A stretch of DNA of 64,000 nucleotides, taken from assembly GCA_965287045.1 (NCBI GenBank), contig OZ336880.1, positions 27,342,001-27,406,000 on the forward strand. The letters run 5' to 3'. Shown here piece after piece: positions 1 through 15,475 of the stretch. Every line of letters starts with the position of its first letter. Within the stretch, counting starts at the first letter, position 1. The notes under the pieces were generated by a model that was given only the letters and a program-made list of their open reading frames with translations, was not told the origin of the DNA and did not search any database. This DNA comes from Carcharhinus amblyrhynchos. Its lineage: Eukaryota. The position numbers and the translations under genes are program-made.

Positions 1-3000
1 GGTTTTAAGAATGTCCTCATGGGTTTACAAAAGAGCAGAAAAACAGTCATTCGTTGGCAGAAGCCAACAGGAATTCTTTAAGCATGAACTTAGGCAGTGG
101 AAAAATGATTTAAGATCATATTTATGTAATCGTGATGCCTTGGAATTAAAACATTCTGAATACGATGCATCATAATCACCTTTGCAAAAATTCACTTGCT
201 CTAAAGAAGCATCAAGGACACATGAAAGCACTCTGCTTTTGCCTAATGGCTCCCCTCATTCATAGTCAACTTCACAGGGAACTTAATGAACTCTCCTGCA
301 GAGCATATTACCCAGGCCTTATCCCTGTAATTCCACATATTTACCCCACAAATTCCCCTTACCTGTAATCTTGAGACACCTAAGGGACAATTTAACTCTT
401 TGATCAATTTTTTTGTTATCTGTTATAATATCTCCTCGTGTGGCTAACTGTCATTTTCTTTCATAATGCTGCTGTGAAGCACATTGAGATGTTTCATTAT
501 GTTCAAGATGCTAGTTAAACATAAGTTGCTTATTCCACAGAAGACAAATCATGGTTTTGCGAATTGTGTGGTATAATTTGTACAATTTTTGGTATATTCT
601 GTAGCAAAGCACATTAAGGCTAGTCAACCCCAGTGGGTTATCTTAGTCAACTTAAATAAGTAATCTTTCTGTACTTGGCCTACTATGCAGAATAGATCTC
701 TTCTGTGCTTTGGTTCAAGTCTGCGTTCTGGATTTTGTAGCCTTTCTTGGTACCTGAACAGATCAGAAAGACTTCGAATACTAAGGAGTAAGAATGTGTT
801 TGAAAAACCAGGCATACCATTAAATTGCTTAGTATTTTGGGCCAGTTTTCAATTTGATAATTTTTCAAATGACCAGAATCCATGCTTGAGCAGTTGACTC
901 TCTTTTTAAACAAGCGGTCAGTCAAACCACATTGTTGAAAAATGGCCAAAGTATTCCATATTGTGATTTGGGGTTTTAGCACCATGCTTACCAGAAAATA
1001 TTCCATTACTTGCAAACTGAGATGTTAACTGACAGCTTTGTAGTCAGTTAAGCCTATGATTTCCAAAGTGAATTTGTCAGATATTGCTTTCGACCAGTTT
1101 GTGGCCTGTTCGTCAAACAGTAACCATTTAGAATCAGAACTTTACAACATGGAAACAGGCCCTTTGGCCCAACTTGTCCATGCTGCCCAATTTTTACCTC
1201 TAAGCTAGTCCCAGTTGCCTGCACTTTGCCCATATCCTTCTATACCCATGTAATTATCTAAATTATTATTAAAAGACAAAATTATACCTGCCTCTACTAC
1301 TCCCTCTGGCAGCTTGTTCAAGATGATCGCCACCCTCTGGGGGAAGAAAATGCCCCTCTGGACCCTTTTGTATCTCCCCCCTCCCACCTTAAACCTATGC
1401 TCTTGTTTTAGACTCTCTTATCTTTGGGGAAAGGCGTCGACTATCTAGCTGATCTATGTCCCTCGTTATTTTATGGACCTCTAAAAGATAATTCTTAATC
1501 CTCCTATGCTCCAGGGAAAAAAGACCTAGTCTCCTTACAACTCAAACTGTCAAGTCCAAGTAGCATTCTAGTAAACCTTTCTAGTTTAATATCGTTTTTA
1601 TAATGGGGTGACCAGAACTGTACACCGTATTCCAAGTATGGCCATACTAATGTCTTGTACAATTTCAAGACATTCCAACTCCTGTATTCAGTGTTCTGAC
1701 CAGTGAAACCAAGCATGCCAAATGACTTCTTCACCACCTTGTCTACCTGAGACTCCATTTTCAAGGAGCTATGAGCCTGTATTTCTAGATCTTTGTTCAA
1801 TGACTCTCCCCAACGTCCTACCATTAACTGGGTAGGTCCTGCCCTGATTCAGTCTACCAAAATGCATCACCTCAATGCTCTATCTGCCATTCGTCAGCCC
1901 ACTGACCCAATTAATCAAGATCCTGTTGCAATTGGAGATAACTTTCTTCACTGTCCACTATGCACCAATCTTGGTGTCATCTGCAAACTTACTAACCAGG
2001 CTCCTAAATTCTCATTCACATCATTTTGAGATTTTTTTTCACACTTAAAACCATGCTGACTGTCCCTAATCTGTCCTTTCCTCTCTAAATAGCTGGAGAT
2101 CATGTCTCTCAGAATACCTTCTTGCCCACTACAGATGGGTATCCTCCAATCTTCAGGCACCTCCCCTGAAGATTCAAATATCTCTGCTAGAGGACCTGCA
2201 ATTTCTTCCCTAGCCTCCCAGAATGTCTTGGGATACATTTTCATCAGGTCCTGGGGATTTATCTACCTTGATGCGCTTTAAGACTTCCAGCACCACCACC
2301 TCTGTAAATGTACACTCCTGAAGACATCACTCTTTATTTTCCCCAACATCCATGCCTTTCTCAACAGTAAGAACCAGTGAGAAATGTTCACTTAGGATTT
2401 CACCCATCTCTTGTGGATCTGCACATAAATGATCTTGTTGATGCTTAAGAGGCCTTACTCTCTCTGTAGTTACTCTTTTGCCCTTTATGTATTTGTAGAA
2501 GCTCTTTGCTTTGAATGAACCAAAAGAGAATTCCATCTTTTTCCCCTGATTTCTCTTAACTCTACTCCTACACTCTCCTTACTCTTCAAGGGATCCACTT
2601 GATCCCAGCTGCCTATCCATGTCATATGCCTCCTCCTTTTTGATCTGGGTTCCATACTTCTATAAGCCTTGCCCTTCACTCTGAAAGGAATATGCTTACT
2701 CTGAATCCTGGTTGACACACTTGAAAGCCGTCCACTTACTAGACATCCCTTCACCTGCCAACAGGTTTCCCTAATCAACTTTTGAAAGTTCCTGTCTAAT
2801 ACCATCAAAATTGGCCTTGACCCAATTTAGAATTTCAACTTTTAGGCCAGACATATCATTCTCCATAGTTAGTTTAAAACTAATGGAATTATGGTCATTG
2901 GTCCCAACGCAATCACTCACTAACACTTCTGTCACCTGCCCTTTCTTATTTCCCTAGTCGGATCATCCATATCTCCACACAGTAAATGAGAAATTCCTCT

Positions 3001-3500
3001 TGAACACACAACAAATTTCTGTCCATCCAAGACCTTAAAGCTATGGCTGCCCCAGTCAATGTTGGGAAAGTTCAAGTCCATTATTACCATCCTACTTTTC
3101 TTGCAGTTGTCTGTAATGTCCTTACATATTTGCTCCTTAATTTCCTGCTGATTATTTGCTGGCCTGTAGCATAGTCCTACCAAAGCGATCTCTCTTTATT
3201 TTTCAGTTCTACCCATTTGGCTTAATGTGCGAATCCTTGGATGCATCCCCTCTCAGTATTGTTGTGATATTTTCCCTAATCAAAAACACACCCCTTCCCC
3301 TCTGCTGTAGCTTTCGGGATGCTAGAATATTGAGTTGCCAGTCCTGCCACTCCCTTAGCCATGTATCAGTAGAGCTATAATATCCCAGTCCAACATACCT
3401 ATCCATGCTGAGTTCATCTGCCTTGCCTGTCAGAGCTCTTGCATTGAAATAAATGGAGTTTAATCTAGACTTTCCTTGCTCTCTGCCCTGCTTTCTCAGA

Positions 3501-3749
3501 ATGTGGAGGTGCTGGCAATGGACTGGGGTAAACACAGTAAAAAGTCTCAATACTGGGTTAAAGTCCAACCAGTTTATTTGATAGTAAACCCACAACCCAC
3601 TGTTCCTTCGTCAGGTGTGTGGAAGGTTCTGATCAGAGAAGGGCATATGGAGGCACACACCTGATGAAGGAACAGCATTTCCAAAAGTTTGTGGGTTTAC
3701 TATCGAATGAACGGTTGGACTTTAACCTGGTGTTGTGAGACTCTTTACT
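3501..3749. mobile_element. Short fold-back Penelope-like insertion (inverted terminal arms)
   Basis: Arms containing GGTTAAAGTCCAAC and GTTGGACTTTAACC; degenerate CTGATGA hammerhead core; 13-bp TSD CTGCTTTCTCAGA at 3488-3500 and 3750-3762. Confidence 0.85.
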
Positions 3750-4440
3750 CTGCTTTCTCAGACCATCTGTCTGGTCACATTTTGTGCACTGTCATTTTAT
3801 TTTATTTCTCTTTTACTGTACCCATTCACTGAGTTCTTCACCCTCTGACTGGCTCTTTTTTATTTTTGACTTTGGTTTCTCTGCTTTTCCCCTTACTGTC
3901 TTTTGTTTCTGTCTCCACTTCCCTCTGACTTACCCCTTTGGTTCCCGGCTCCCTGCGTGCTAGTTTAAGCCCTCCCCAACATCGCCAGCTCCCCTTAGGA
4001 CATTGGTTCCAGTCCTGTCCGGGTGCAGAGCATCCACTGTTGCAGACCGATTTTGTGCTGGTCCCACTTAGCCATTGGAACCGTTTCCAATGTCCCAGGA
4101 ATTTGAAGCTCTCCTTTTTGCACCATTTCTCAAGCCACATGGTCATCTTGGCTATCCTGACTTTCCTACTGTGACTAGCATGTGGCACTGATAGCAATCC
4201 TGAGATTACTAATTTTGAGGTCCAATTTTAAGTCCTAACTCTCAATTCAGCTTGTAGGACTCATCTTTTTTTTAACCTATATCATGGTGTGTATATGAAC
4301 CACAACAGGTGGCTGTTCACCCTCCCTCTCCAGCATGTCCTGCAGCTGCTCAGTCATTCTTGACCCTTGCACCAGAGAGGCAACATATCATCGTGAAGTC
4401 TTGTTTGCGTCCTCAGAAATACCTGTCCATTTCCCTTACA

Positions 4441-4614
4441 GTAAGAAGTCTCTCAACACCAGGTTAAAGTTCAACAGGTTTATTTGGTAGCACGAGCTTT
4501 CAGACCTCGAGCAGTGCTCCACGAGCTCATGCTACCAAATAATCTTGTCAAATTTTAATGTGATGTTGTGAGACTTCTTACTGTGCCCACCCCAATCCAA
4601 TGCCGGCATCTCCA
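4441..4614. mobile_element. Very short fold-back Penelope-like insertion
   Basis: Inverted arms GTAAGAAGTCTC..GAGACTTCTTAC plus the family 3' tail; 13-bp TSD CATTTCCCTTACA at 4428-4440 and 4615-4627. Confidence 0.8.
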
Positions 4615-5516
4615 CATTTCCCTTACAATTGAGTCCCCTATCACCATAACTCTGCCACTCTTATTTCCTGGCCTCCTGTACAGCAGAGCCAGCTACGGTG
4701 CCATGAATCTGGCTGTTGCCACCTTCTCCTGGCAAGCCCAACAGTATCCAAAATGGTACGTCTGTTCTAGAGAGATGACTGCACGGGACCCACTACCTTC
4801 CTACTCTTCTGTCTGATGTCACCATTTCCTATCTCCTTCAGTAATTTTAATCTGTAGTGTGACCAACTCACTGGAGCATCCACAATGCTGAGGTAGTCAT
4901 GGCTAGCACGTTCAAAGTGAATTCATCAGCTCCAGAGCCATCAAGTGATCTAATGGGCGCTGCAGTTGGACATAGTACTTGACATGATGGACCAAGGATA
5001 CTGGAAGGGTCACTGAATTCCCACATAGCACAAGAGGAGTGTGACACGGGTTTGAAATCTCCTGTCATTACTTAACTCTTAAGTTAACTTCCAACAACAA
5101 CTACAATGCCAAGTCACCAGCCAATCACTTAACTGCTGACATCTGTGATGTCACGGTTCCATTTATTTCTACCTCTCACTTGCCCTCAAGACTCCCTCGC
5201 AGGTCAGCCTCTCTGCTCTTTCCAAAAATAAGCACCTCTTTCTCCTCAGCACTGAATTCCCACTCCATTCCAAATTCCTGATTCCTTTACTCCGGCTGAA
5301 ATCTCACTTTGACCGACTGGTCCTGCGTGAGTGTCTAAGTAACTTTAGTCAAGACTTGTGCATTAAAGATTTACCATTTCTGCAAGGTGCTCAAAGGCTG
5401 AAGGAGTCTGGAACCATACAGCTGTACAGCAGTACTTAGTATTGAGGAAATTAAAAAACTGAATGTAGTACACGTATAATTAATAGTAGCCCAACGTGTT
5501 TACTATTTTCATCTAG

Positions 5517-5771
<255 letters not shown>

Positions 5772-8700
5772 TAGTTTTTGATGCTTTTTCTCAGTGATTA
5801 CCTAATTCTTATAATATTTGTGATATTTAACAAAGTATGCATTTTCCAACCTGAACACCTCATCCTCCTGATGTATATTGAGCATTTGTGGTTTTCTAAA
5901 TAATTGAAATAAACAGCAGTGTGCTCCATACTGTAGTGACATGAAGAACTAATTTGTTGTTTTGGTGGTGTTAGTTAAGTCCACCTGGTGTGGGCAAACC
6001 AGTGTGTTTTGTTGATCCCAATCTGGATAAATAGAGTGGGTTGATGGCAGGAAGAGCATCCAGCTGTAAAACCATCCACCAAATCAGACCAACATTGTGG
6101 CTATCCCATGCAACGTGGGAAAAGGTAAGAGGAGGGAAGGTGATGTTGGTAAGAGCGCTTAAGATAAATCACTGTTCTCTGAATAGTACCATAGGATGTT
6201 TTTAATATCAATGTTCCTTTAAACTGAATGGGTGCATGGCCTTGAAGCATCTGGAACTTGCTATGCACGAGGGGAAGAAAAGCCACATAACAAAAACCCC
6301 ACAGGAAACATTTGGATGACACCTTTTGCTCGCTGCCTGAGTTGTCCTCCATGTATATGCTCTCTTCCAGCCTTTTTATCCTGAAAAATGCATTTAATCT
6401 TGACATCATAGAGATTTACAGCATGGAAACAGGCCCTTCGGCCTAACTTGTCCATGCCGCCCTTTTTTTTTAGTTTAAAACACGAGGACAAAATCTCCAG
6501 TAAACTTACACTGATGTAGCCAAAAGTCTTATGGTTTAATAAAAAAAACTATTCTCTGAAAAATGTACCATTTGGAACTAAAAGTAAAATATCAAATCTC
6601 TCAAATGGTTAAGTTATCCATTGCTAAATAACTCACTATTGTAATGTTATTGGAGACAGTTTGGTGTGGTCCAGTATTACATTCACTGTTGTATTCTCTG
6701 AGAGTTGGTGTTTAATTTGAATTAATACTGTACTGGTGTTCATCTCTTGAAGTTATTCATTCACCTATATTTTGAGATGGAGGTTCTGAGCATTACAATG
6801 CTTGGTCTCTGAGGCTGTTGGATCTCTAGGGTGAAGATAAGGATGTTACAGTTGACTTCTGTTTGGCTAACACACTCCGTTTTTAATGTTGGGGTTGTGG
6901 TGGGGGGTGGAAACGAACCAGTATGACTTCTGTGGGAATGTTTGTGGCAATGGGTGAGCACAAGGTGTGTTTGGCTATGGCACTGTTTAACTGAATTCGC
7001 ACGTGAAAGGCTCTTCAAGGTTGATATCACTGCAGTGATTTTCACTCTTTCATTTAGGATAACATATCTGCATTCCTGTATTTTTCTCCTTCACTAGCAC
7101 ACTGCAACCATGTAGCTGCTAATACAGAAGATTGTTGATAAGTAGTTGTTTAGATTAAGAGCCCAGATTCTTCAAGTTTTTTTTCCTTGCACCTCTTTCC
7201 TTTGACACCAGTAATTGGGCTTTGGCTCTTCTGTGCTGTCTCAATGGCTTTTTGTTTATGCTTCGGGTGATCAACGTTGAATGGGTATTCTGGATTCACT
7301 CGGCCCATTTGGGACGGTTTCAGCATGACAGCTGACATATTTGGGCCTGCAATAATAATTGGTTTTCTTATCAGTGTTTTTAAATTGCTGCTTTTGAGTG
7401 ATTTGGTGTTTGTGTTGAAGTTATTACTTTGCTAGATATCTCTCTTCTGAACAGACCTATGTCATTCATCGAATGTTTACAATATCTTGTCAGCATCTTG
7501 AATTTAAAAGTTTGGAATTTCACCTGCTGTTGAGTCATCCAACAATCGGTTTATCAAATTCCTTTTGTCAGTTGCTGGCTGTTTTGTTCATCTCAGCAGC
7601 TCCCTTGTTGAATACCATCTGTGATCTTGACTACTTTGTGTTAGCTTTCCAAATCCAATGTATTGAATAGATTTGGATACTAATGGGGTCACAGTGCCAG
7701 ATTTTAGATGACTGTATTTGGTATTAATCTCTCTGGACCCACCCTGGCTCACTCACTCACCAACACATACCTGCCACTTGCTTTCTTTTCTCCTTCCAAT
7801 TCCTTATCCCTGCCCAGATTTTACCATAAATTCAGACAGCCTTCAGCTTTTTTAGGTTTCTTGATTTTTTTTTGAGGAATGCTGATGCCCAACAGACTTG
7901 CCCTAAAAGGGGATGTGGGCAAATGACTTGTATTAGTTTTTAATGTAAAATATGAACTGTTTTAAGAGCAGTTTTTTAATTTAAATTTCTACACTGTCTG
8001 TTCCCTTGCAGCACTTGTTGGCCCTGATCCAATCCTTCTCCTTTGGAACATTATTTGCATTTGTCACATTTGAATTTATGGTATTCAGTTGTTAAATTGC
8101 ATTCTCCAAATTAATAAAATTTTCTTGCAACTGAGCTGTATAATTGGCATAGTACATGCAACATTTTTCTGTAATATCTCTTACAAGCTGCTGCTTTGTA
8201 CATGTTAAGCAATTAATATTGATTGGAACAACAATTCTGACCACTAAGTGCTGCTGTTTTACTATGCAGCACCATCAAGTGATCAGAATACAGTACTGTA
8301 AGGCCCTCCTCACTTGCTGTTGGAGTAGCCATGGAACCTTTTATAGTAACTTGTAGGGAAGAACCAACTTTGTATTTTACTTGAAAGTAAGCTGAAAATC
8401 ACCTTTCCCTGTGACTTCATTCCTGGTCTGTATGTTAACTTGTATTAAAAAGCAATCTTTGAATTAAATGCCATAAAAAGACAGCAGTGAATTTTGAGCT
8501 TGAATATTTATCACACACGTTTAAAAATACACTGCACGTAAAAATTGGAATAAATGAAAATTGACCAAGATTGATCAAAATAAAATTTTTAAAATAAACA
8601 AATCTCTGGTGAAATTGCCTATTATTTTTCCAGGAGCCTTTCCAAAATGCTGGTGTTAAGAATAATCAACACTGGTTGTTTATCATCAAGTAACCTGCTG

Positions 8701-9133
8701 CTCAAAGTGATGTGTTGCTGTATTTGGGAAATTAGTGAAGACGGTCAGGAACCAGATAAACAAATGCACATACCCAGAAAGTCATTGTGGCAAATGTGAG
8801 ACTTTCAGGAAATACTGAAATGCCAAAAAGATCAAATACTGAGTTTTTTTTATTTTAAAATAATGGGTCAACAATCTACATAAGCAAGGAAACTATGTCA
8901 AAATGACATTGGATCAACTTTATTGTCTGATGTTACCTATAATTCTAAAAGACTGCTACAAATGGGAAGGTTGCCTAGTAATGTCCAGTCATAGGTAAGA
9001 CTACAAATTTGAAACATTTGGTATGCAATGGAATTTCTGCAGACTGGTTTTTAAAAAAGTCCGCTGGCAATTTTAACAAATTGCAAAACTATAAACAATT
9101 TTAATGTACCCATTAATTTTAACTTTTTTATAG

Positions 9134-9216
9134 GTGTAATGCTGGCTGTAGATACTGTAATTGGTGAGCTGAAAAAAATGTCCAAACCAGTTACAACCCC
9201 AGAAGAAATTGCTCAG
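9134..9216 (+). CDS. HSPD1: Hsp60 coding exon
   Basis: 83 bp, AG/GT; [27 protein letters not shown]; phase matches previous exon. Confidence 0.97.
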
Positions 9217-10070
9217 GTATTTTCTGTTTTCATTTTCTGTTGGATATAGCTCTTGGGGCTAAAGGGATCAAGAGATATGGGGGAAAGTAGGATATTGAAT
9301 TTGATGATCAGCCATGATCAAAATGAATGGCTCCGCAGGTTTGGAGGGCCAAATGGCATACTCTTGTTTCTAATTTCTAAGTAACACATAACTGAGAGGG
9401 CTATCTGCAAGAGTCTGTGCTGCTGTTTTTGGTTTTTCCATAACTTAGCCATATATAACTGCACACTTGAAAATTTAAGGTTATTCAAAATATAACACAC
9501 TGGCTCAGGCTTTTACTTGAAATGGCAAAATTAAGACTTGTTTTGTAGGTTTCTGTAAAATGTGTAGGATTGATTTTTTTTTCATATAAGTAGACAAATT
9601 CTAGTTACTGCTGCCCTACTCAGCTCTCCATCTTTGGCCTTCTGTATTGTTCTGTCTGAGCTCAATGCAAGCTTCGGGAATATATTTCTTTTATTGATCT
9701 GAAAATTGATCCTGGAGCTGCTCCTGTTTCCCTGCTGTGACTGAACATCTTTCTATTAGCAGGGCTGATGGCAAATTTATAGCAGAATTCTGGGTCAATA
9801 ACTTAATGAAACGTAGACCCTAGCTTTCATCCCTCATAACAAATGATTGTGTAGATAATGTTTCACCTTTAAATTGGTAGTTGTTGATGTCATTTGTTGT
9901 AAGGTTGATTGTCTAGCAACTTTTTTAACCTCACAAACCAGTATCAACATTATTGTATATGATTGCAGTTATTGATGGCTGCAATATAGCCTAACTGTCT
10001 CCTTAACTATTCTGTAACTTGTAACCAGTGTTCTTGGGAGAAAAAATGACTTTCTTGCCTTTTGTTATAG

Positions 10071-10238
<168 letters not shown>

Positions 10239-10268
10239 TGAAGGTCTCTTTGCCTTTTGTGTGAACAG

Positions 10269-10362
10269 GATGGTAAAACACTCCATGATGAGCTTGAACT
10301 CATCGAAGGAATGAAATTTGATAGAGGTTACATCTCGCCATACTTCATCAACACTGCTAAAG
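10269..10362 (+). CDS. HSPD1: Hsp60 coding exon
   Basis: 94 bp; [31 protein letters not shown]. Confidence 0.97.
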
Positions 10363-11027
10363 GTATGTAATTCTTCCAAACTGCCTCTATTACAACTTAA
10401 AACAAACATTCCCAGGTCAGAACCACAGCATCCTTTCTGCTTTCCCTTTCTTATAAAGATTCCTTGAACATTGCTGGGTCAATGTCCAGGAACTGCCTAC
10501 CTCACAGCTTTGAGAATACCAGCTATGTGGGCTGCAGAGACACAAATCTCAGCATCTTCTTTTCTAAGGGGTAGAAATTAAATGATGCCCTTGGCAGTGA
10601 TATCCATATGTTAAGGTGGAATTTATTTTTTAAAAGGTCATCTGGTATTTTGCCGAGTATCCTTTCTTTGTGCAAACTTAGTGAGTTTTGCTGAACTATT
10701 TTGCCATCAAAGGTACTTAGCCTTTATCTTTGAGTGATTGTCATCTCTGCTTTAAACTAACTAGGTAACTTGCCTACATCTTGGCAATATGTGATTTAGT
10801 CGAAATGTAAGAAAAAATAGTCCATTTAAAGGTTTGATAGATTATTCTTGGCTGCCATTTTTCCTCTTGCTATTCCCCATTGAGAGATAGATCAAATGAG
10901 TTTTAGCTGGTACTTGAACTCAACACTTTGGGTTGGATTTTGAGTACTTGAGTATTCCCAGTTGCTGATTTGGTCAGTTATTGAGAATGGTGATGTATTT
11001 ACAATAAAAAAATTAACATACTCCTAA

Positions 11028-11258
<231 letters not shown>

Positions 11259-11513
11259 TAAATATATGCTTATTATGTTTTGGGTAATAGATCAAAATTA
11301 ATGTGTTTTGTATACAATAATTGGGATGAATTGATATGTAGTATCGTCATGAGAATTCACCCCCCCTGCCCAACCCCCAAAAAACAACAATCTGCTTTCA
11401 TCCTGAACACCATTAGTAGTTTGCTAAATGATTGCAAAACCATTAGGTATTTTAGTTCCTGAAATAACTTGGATTTGTTAAATTCTATCACCTTAGTTTT
11501 TTCTTTCAATTAA

Positions 11514-11699
<186 letters not shown>

Positions 11700-12497
11700 T
11701 GAGACATGGGGGTTAAGGCAAAAGCTTTTCAAAACATCATGGAGAAATTTGACATTCCATGTATGTATCCAAAAAATGTTCAGCATTAGTTATAAACTTG
11801 GGACTGTTTGAAAACAGCTATTTCATTCAACAGGTCTAACTTTCCCAGGCTCTTTTTTTTAACAATGAAACTAATACTTTGAAAAGTACACGTTTTCATC
11901 AGTTCAGTAATTTCTAATTGCTTTGTAAATGTACCCTGTGGAGAAGCGTAAAATCACTGCCAGCAAGTTGTGGATTCCTGTAATTCACACAATATGTAGG
12001 TTCCAGAAGTTGCTGTCTGTCAAAGTGAACGCTGACCATTTCACCATTATTACCACATTATCCAGGTTAATACATTACTTGAGTAGCCACTGATTTTGGG
12101 TTAACTTGCACAATTGAACTTGAGTATTTAAGTTATTGGTAGTGAAATTGAAGTTCAAATGTACAAACTGAAATACTCCCATATATACAGTGTGAGAAAG
12201 GACTTGAGGATTGGTCAGTTCAGAATTGAGGAAGATTGTCTTAATGACGTACAAATGTAAAACTTGGATAAATTTTGCTGGTGGAAAATTAAAATACAGT
12301 AGCCAAAACACAATACACATCAAGACAGCAATTAAAGTATTTGACCTTGAATATTTGACTGTCTCTGTAGATTTGATGTGGTTTGGGCTTCACTGCTTTT
12401 CTCAATTGAGAAATAGTTGCCTAAAGGAAATTATAAATGTTTGAGGTTGGTTCAAAAGGGAGTTTGTTTCAAAATCAGTTAAAGTAATCTGAATTTA

Positions 12498-14175
12498 GAA
12501 CATAAGAAATAGGAGCAGGAGTAGGCCACCTAGCCCTTCGAGCCTGCCCCGTCATTCAATAAGATCATGGCTGAAGTGGATCAGTTCCACTTCTGCTTTC
12601 TCCCCATAACCCTTAATTCCCTTGTCTATCAGAAACCTATCTACCTGTGACTTAAATATATTCAGCAAGGTAGCCTCCACCATTTCAATGGTCAAAGAAT
12701 TCTGGAGATTCACCATCCTTTTTGAGTGAAGAAGTTCGTCCTCAACTTGGATCTAAACTGTTCTCCCCCCCCCCCCCCTTATTTTGAGGCTGTGCCCTCT
12801 AGTTCTGCTATCCTTTCTAAGTGGGAAGAATCTCTCTACCTCTACCCTATCTAGCCCCCTCATTATCTTATTTGTCTCTAAGATCCCCCCTCAGCCTCTA
12901 AACTCTAACGAGTACAGACCCAGTCTATTCGATCTCTCTTCATAGGCTAATCCCCTCATCTCTGGTATCAGCCTAGTGAACCTTCTCTGTACTCCCTCCA
13001 AGGCAAATATATCCTTTCACAAATGCGGTGACCAAAACCGCGCACAGTACTCCAGTTGCGGCCTCACCAGTGCCCTGTACAGTTGCAGCAAGACCTCCCT
13101 GCTTTTATATTCTATCCCCCTCGCTGTAAAGGCCAACATTCCATTCGCCTTCTTGATCACCTGCTGTACCTGCAGACTGAGTTTTTGCGATTCGTGCACA
13201 AGGACCCCTAAGTTCCTCTGCACTGTAGCATGCTGCAGCTTTTCACCCTTTAAATAATCCCTCCTACTATTATTTCTTCCAAAGTGGATAACCTCACATT
13301 TGCTAACGTTATACTCCATCTGCCAGGTCCTCGCCCACTCACTCAGCCTATCCAGATCTCTCTGCAGACTTTCTGCGCCTTCCACACAATTTGCTTTTCC
13401 ACTCATCTTTGTGTCGTCGGCAAATTTTGTTACCCTACACTCCGCCCCCTCCTCCAGATTGTCTATGTAAATGGTAAACAGTTGAGGCCCCAGCACTGAT
13501 CCCTGCGGCACTCCACTAGTCACCAACTGCCAACCAGAATAGCACCCATTGATTCCAACTCTCTGCTTCCTGTTAGATAACCAATCCTCAATCCACGCTA
13601 ACACCTTACCCCCAACTCCATGCACCCTAACCTTTTGCAGCACCCTTTTGTGAGGCATCTTATCAAACGCCTTTTGAAAATCTAGAAACACCACATCCAT
13701 CGGTTCCCCTCTGTCTACCGCACTAGTCACATCCTCAGAAATCCAATAAGTTCGTTAAACACGACTTCCCTTCACAATTCTGTGCTGCATCTGCTTGATC
13801 AAACCATTCTTTCTAGGTGTCTCGCTATTTCTTCTTTGACGGATTCTAGCATTTTTCCAACTACGGACGTTAAGCTAACCGGCCTATAATTCCCTGCCTT
13901 TTGTCTGCTACCTTTTTTAAACAGCGGCGTGACATTAGCCATTTTCCAATCTTCCGGCACTTCCCCAGAGTCCAGCAAATTTTGATAAATAATTACTAAG
14001 GCATCCGCTATCACCTCTACCATTTCTTTCAGAACCCTAGGGTGCATTCCATCCGGTCCCGGGGACTTGTCTACCTTCAGTCCCATTAGTCTATCGAGCA
14101 CTACCTCTCTAGTGACAGTAATTGCATTAAGGACCTCATCTCCTACCATCCTTCTATCTTTAATATTCGGCGTAT
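12498..14175 (-). mobile_element. Fairly young 5'-truncated CR1 LINE (RT region) in an HSPD1 intron
   Basis: ORFs 13017-13730 (DFQKAFD, GVPQGSVLGP, KFADD) and 13799-14149; 3' tail reads ACATAAGA on +; possible TSD AATYTGAATTTA at 12486-12497 and 14177-14188. Confidence 0.93.
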
Positions 14176-15249
14176 AAATTTGAATTTATTTTCTGAACCT
14201 TGTTTTTGAGAGATTATGATTTTGAGGCCTCTGCAGACTAAAGCCTGAAATTTGAGTAAACGTGATACAGATTGGCATCAAACCTCATTTTGAGGTTTGA
14301 TACTGTTCAGTATTGATGGAACTACGACAAGTGGATTATTGACCTAATCCATCTCTTTACAAGCAGTAAATCCTAATCCTATGTGCAGCCAGCCTTCGTT
14401 TCCTTAACCAGTTACCTTTTCTTAAATGTTTACATGGTCTCTACAGTAATCACTAATTACAATAATGCACACTACAATGCCTCAGTGCTGTGTTTTTCCT
14501 CCTTGTCCTAAATTATTTACTTTAATCTTCACTAGCAAGTCTATTTCTATCTGCTAAGATCCATCCATTCATAATTTAAATGTCAAATAAAACTTTAAAT
14601 CAACTGTGTGCTAAAGAAATCAGGCTTGTTTAACACTTTTCTACCAGAGATGGAATTGTAAAAATTTGAAGGAAAAAAAGATCAGGATATATTTTAGGAT
14701 TTAAAGTGGGGTGGTCATGGTGGGGGATGATTTGTGGTCAAGAATGTTTTCCCTTTCCTCAACACTAATGATAACCTCTTCAGATATAATGCATTCACTG
14801 TATAACTATTGTAAATATAGTGTATTTTTACCTAAATAACACTTTTTAAACTATGGCACACACTGAATCGTGGGCAAATGCATTGTCTGGCTTGATCCCT
14901 GATTGTACTAAGTGAACTAATATCCAGGATTCCTGCTTATGATCATTATTCTTGGCTCTTATTGAAATATGAGCATGAGGGTGAAGATTTACTGTTTGTG
15001 TTGGTGAATAGTTCTAATACAAACAATAACCATTAGGAGGAAGCCTATTGATAGAGCTTGGTAAACTTCTTGAGCATCAATACTCTGTACTTTTTTAGAA
15101 GAGACAGGGTTAAAATCATAGGAATATATTGACTTTATTATGTTATTAAATGTCTCCATGTACAAGTTATTATTAAACATTTAAATCCATTTTTTAATAT
15201 AATTGTGCATGGTGTCTGTTCGATGTATTCACTTCAACTGAGCACCTAC

Positions 15250-15335
15250 AACATGCAAACTCCACAGTCACCCTTGACCAAAGTGAACCATGTCCCCAGT
15301 GCTCTGAGATAGCAGTGCTAACCACTGTGCCACCC
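15250..15335 (-). mobile_element. HE1/V-SINE 5' fragment
   Basis: Reverse complement of GGTGGCACAGTGGTTAGCACTGCT...CTGTGGAGTTTGCA. Confidence 0.7.
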
Positions 15336-15475
15336 GCACTGAGCCATCATGCCATCTGTAAGAGTTGAATAAGAGATTAACCTTGAATTGTGTTTTTCTG
15401 CAGAAGAGCGTAACAAGTGCATCATGATTTGATTTCTGCTTGAGCTCAAACATCTAACTGTGCAAACGTTTGTAG

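Larger units (their letters stand above)
1128..5335 (-). mobile_element. Degenerate, near full-length CR1 LINE (ORF1 zinc-finger/esterase-like, ORF2 APE + RT), interrupted by two PLE insertions
   Basis: Minus-strand fragments: LEYGVQFWSPHYK (RT C-term), GLCYRP..MDLNFPNIDW and YFNARAL (APE), WLEKWCKKESFKFLGHW (ORF1 SGNH-like), SSCAMWE (ORF1 zinc finger). CR1-type 3' end near 1130. Boundaries approximate. Confidence 0.85.

Noticed and set aside
1-5516. HSPD1 ATG exon and HSPE1 bidirectional promoter
   Set aside because: No presequence or AKDVKFG-like exon and no CpG island seen; presumably upstream of the window.
6490-8900. Possible decayed coding or DNA-transposon remnant in an HSPD1 intron
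   Set aside because: No recognisable motif, terminal repeat or TSD that I can support.
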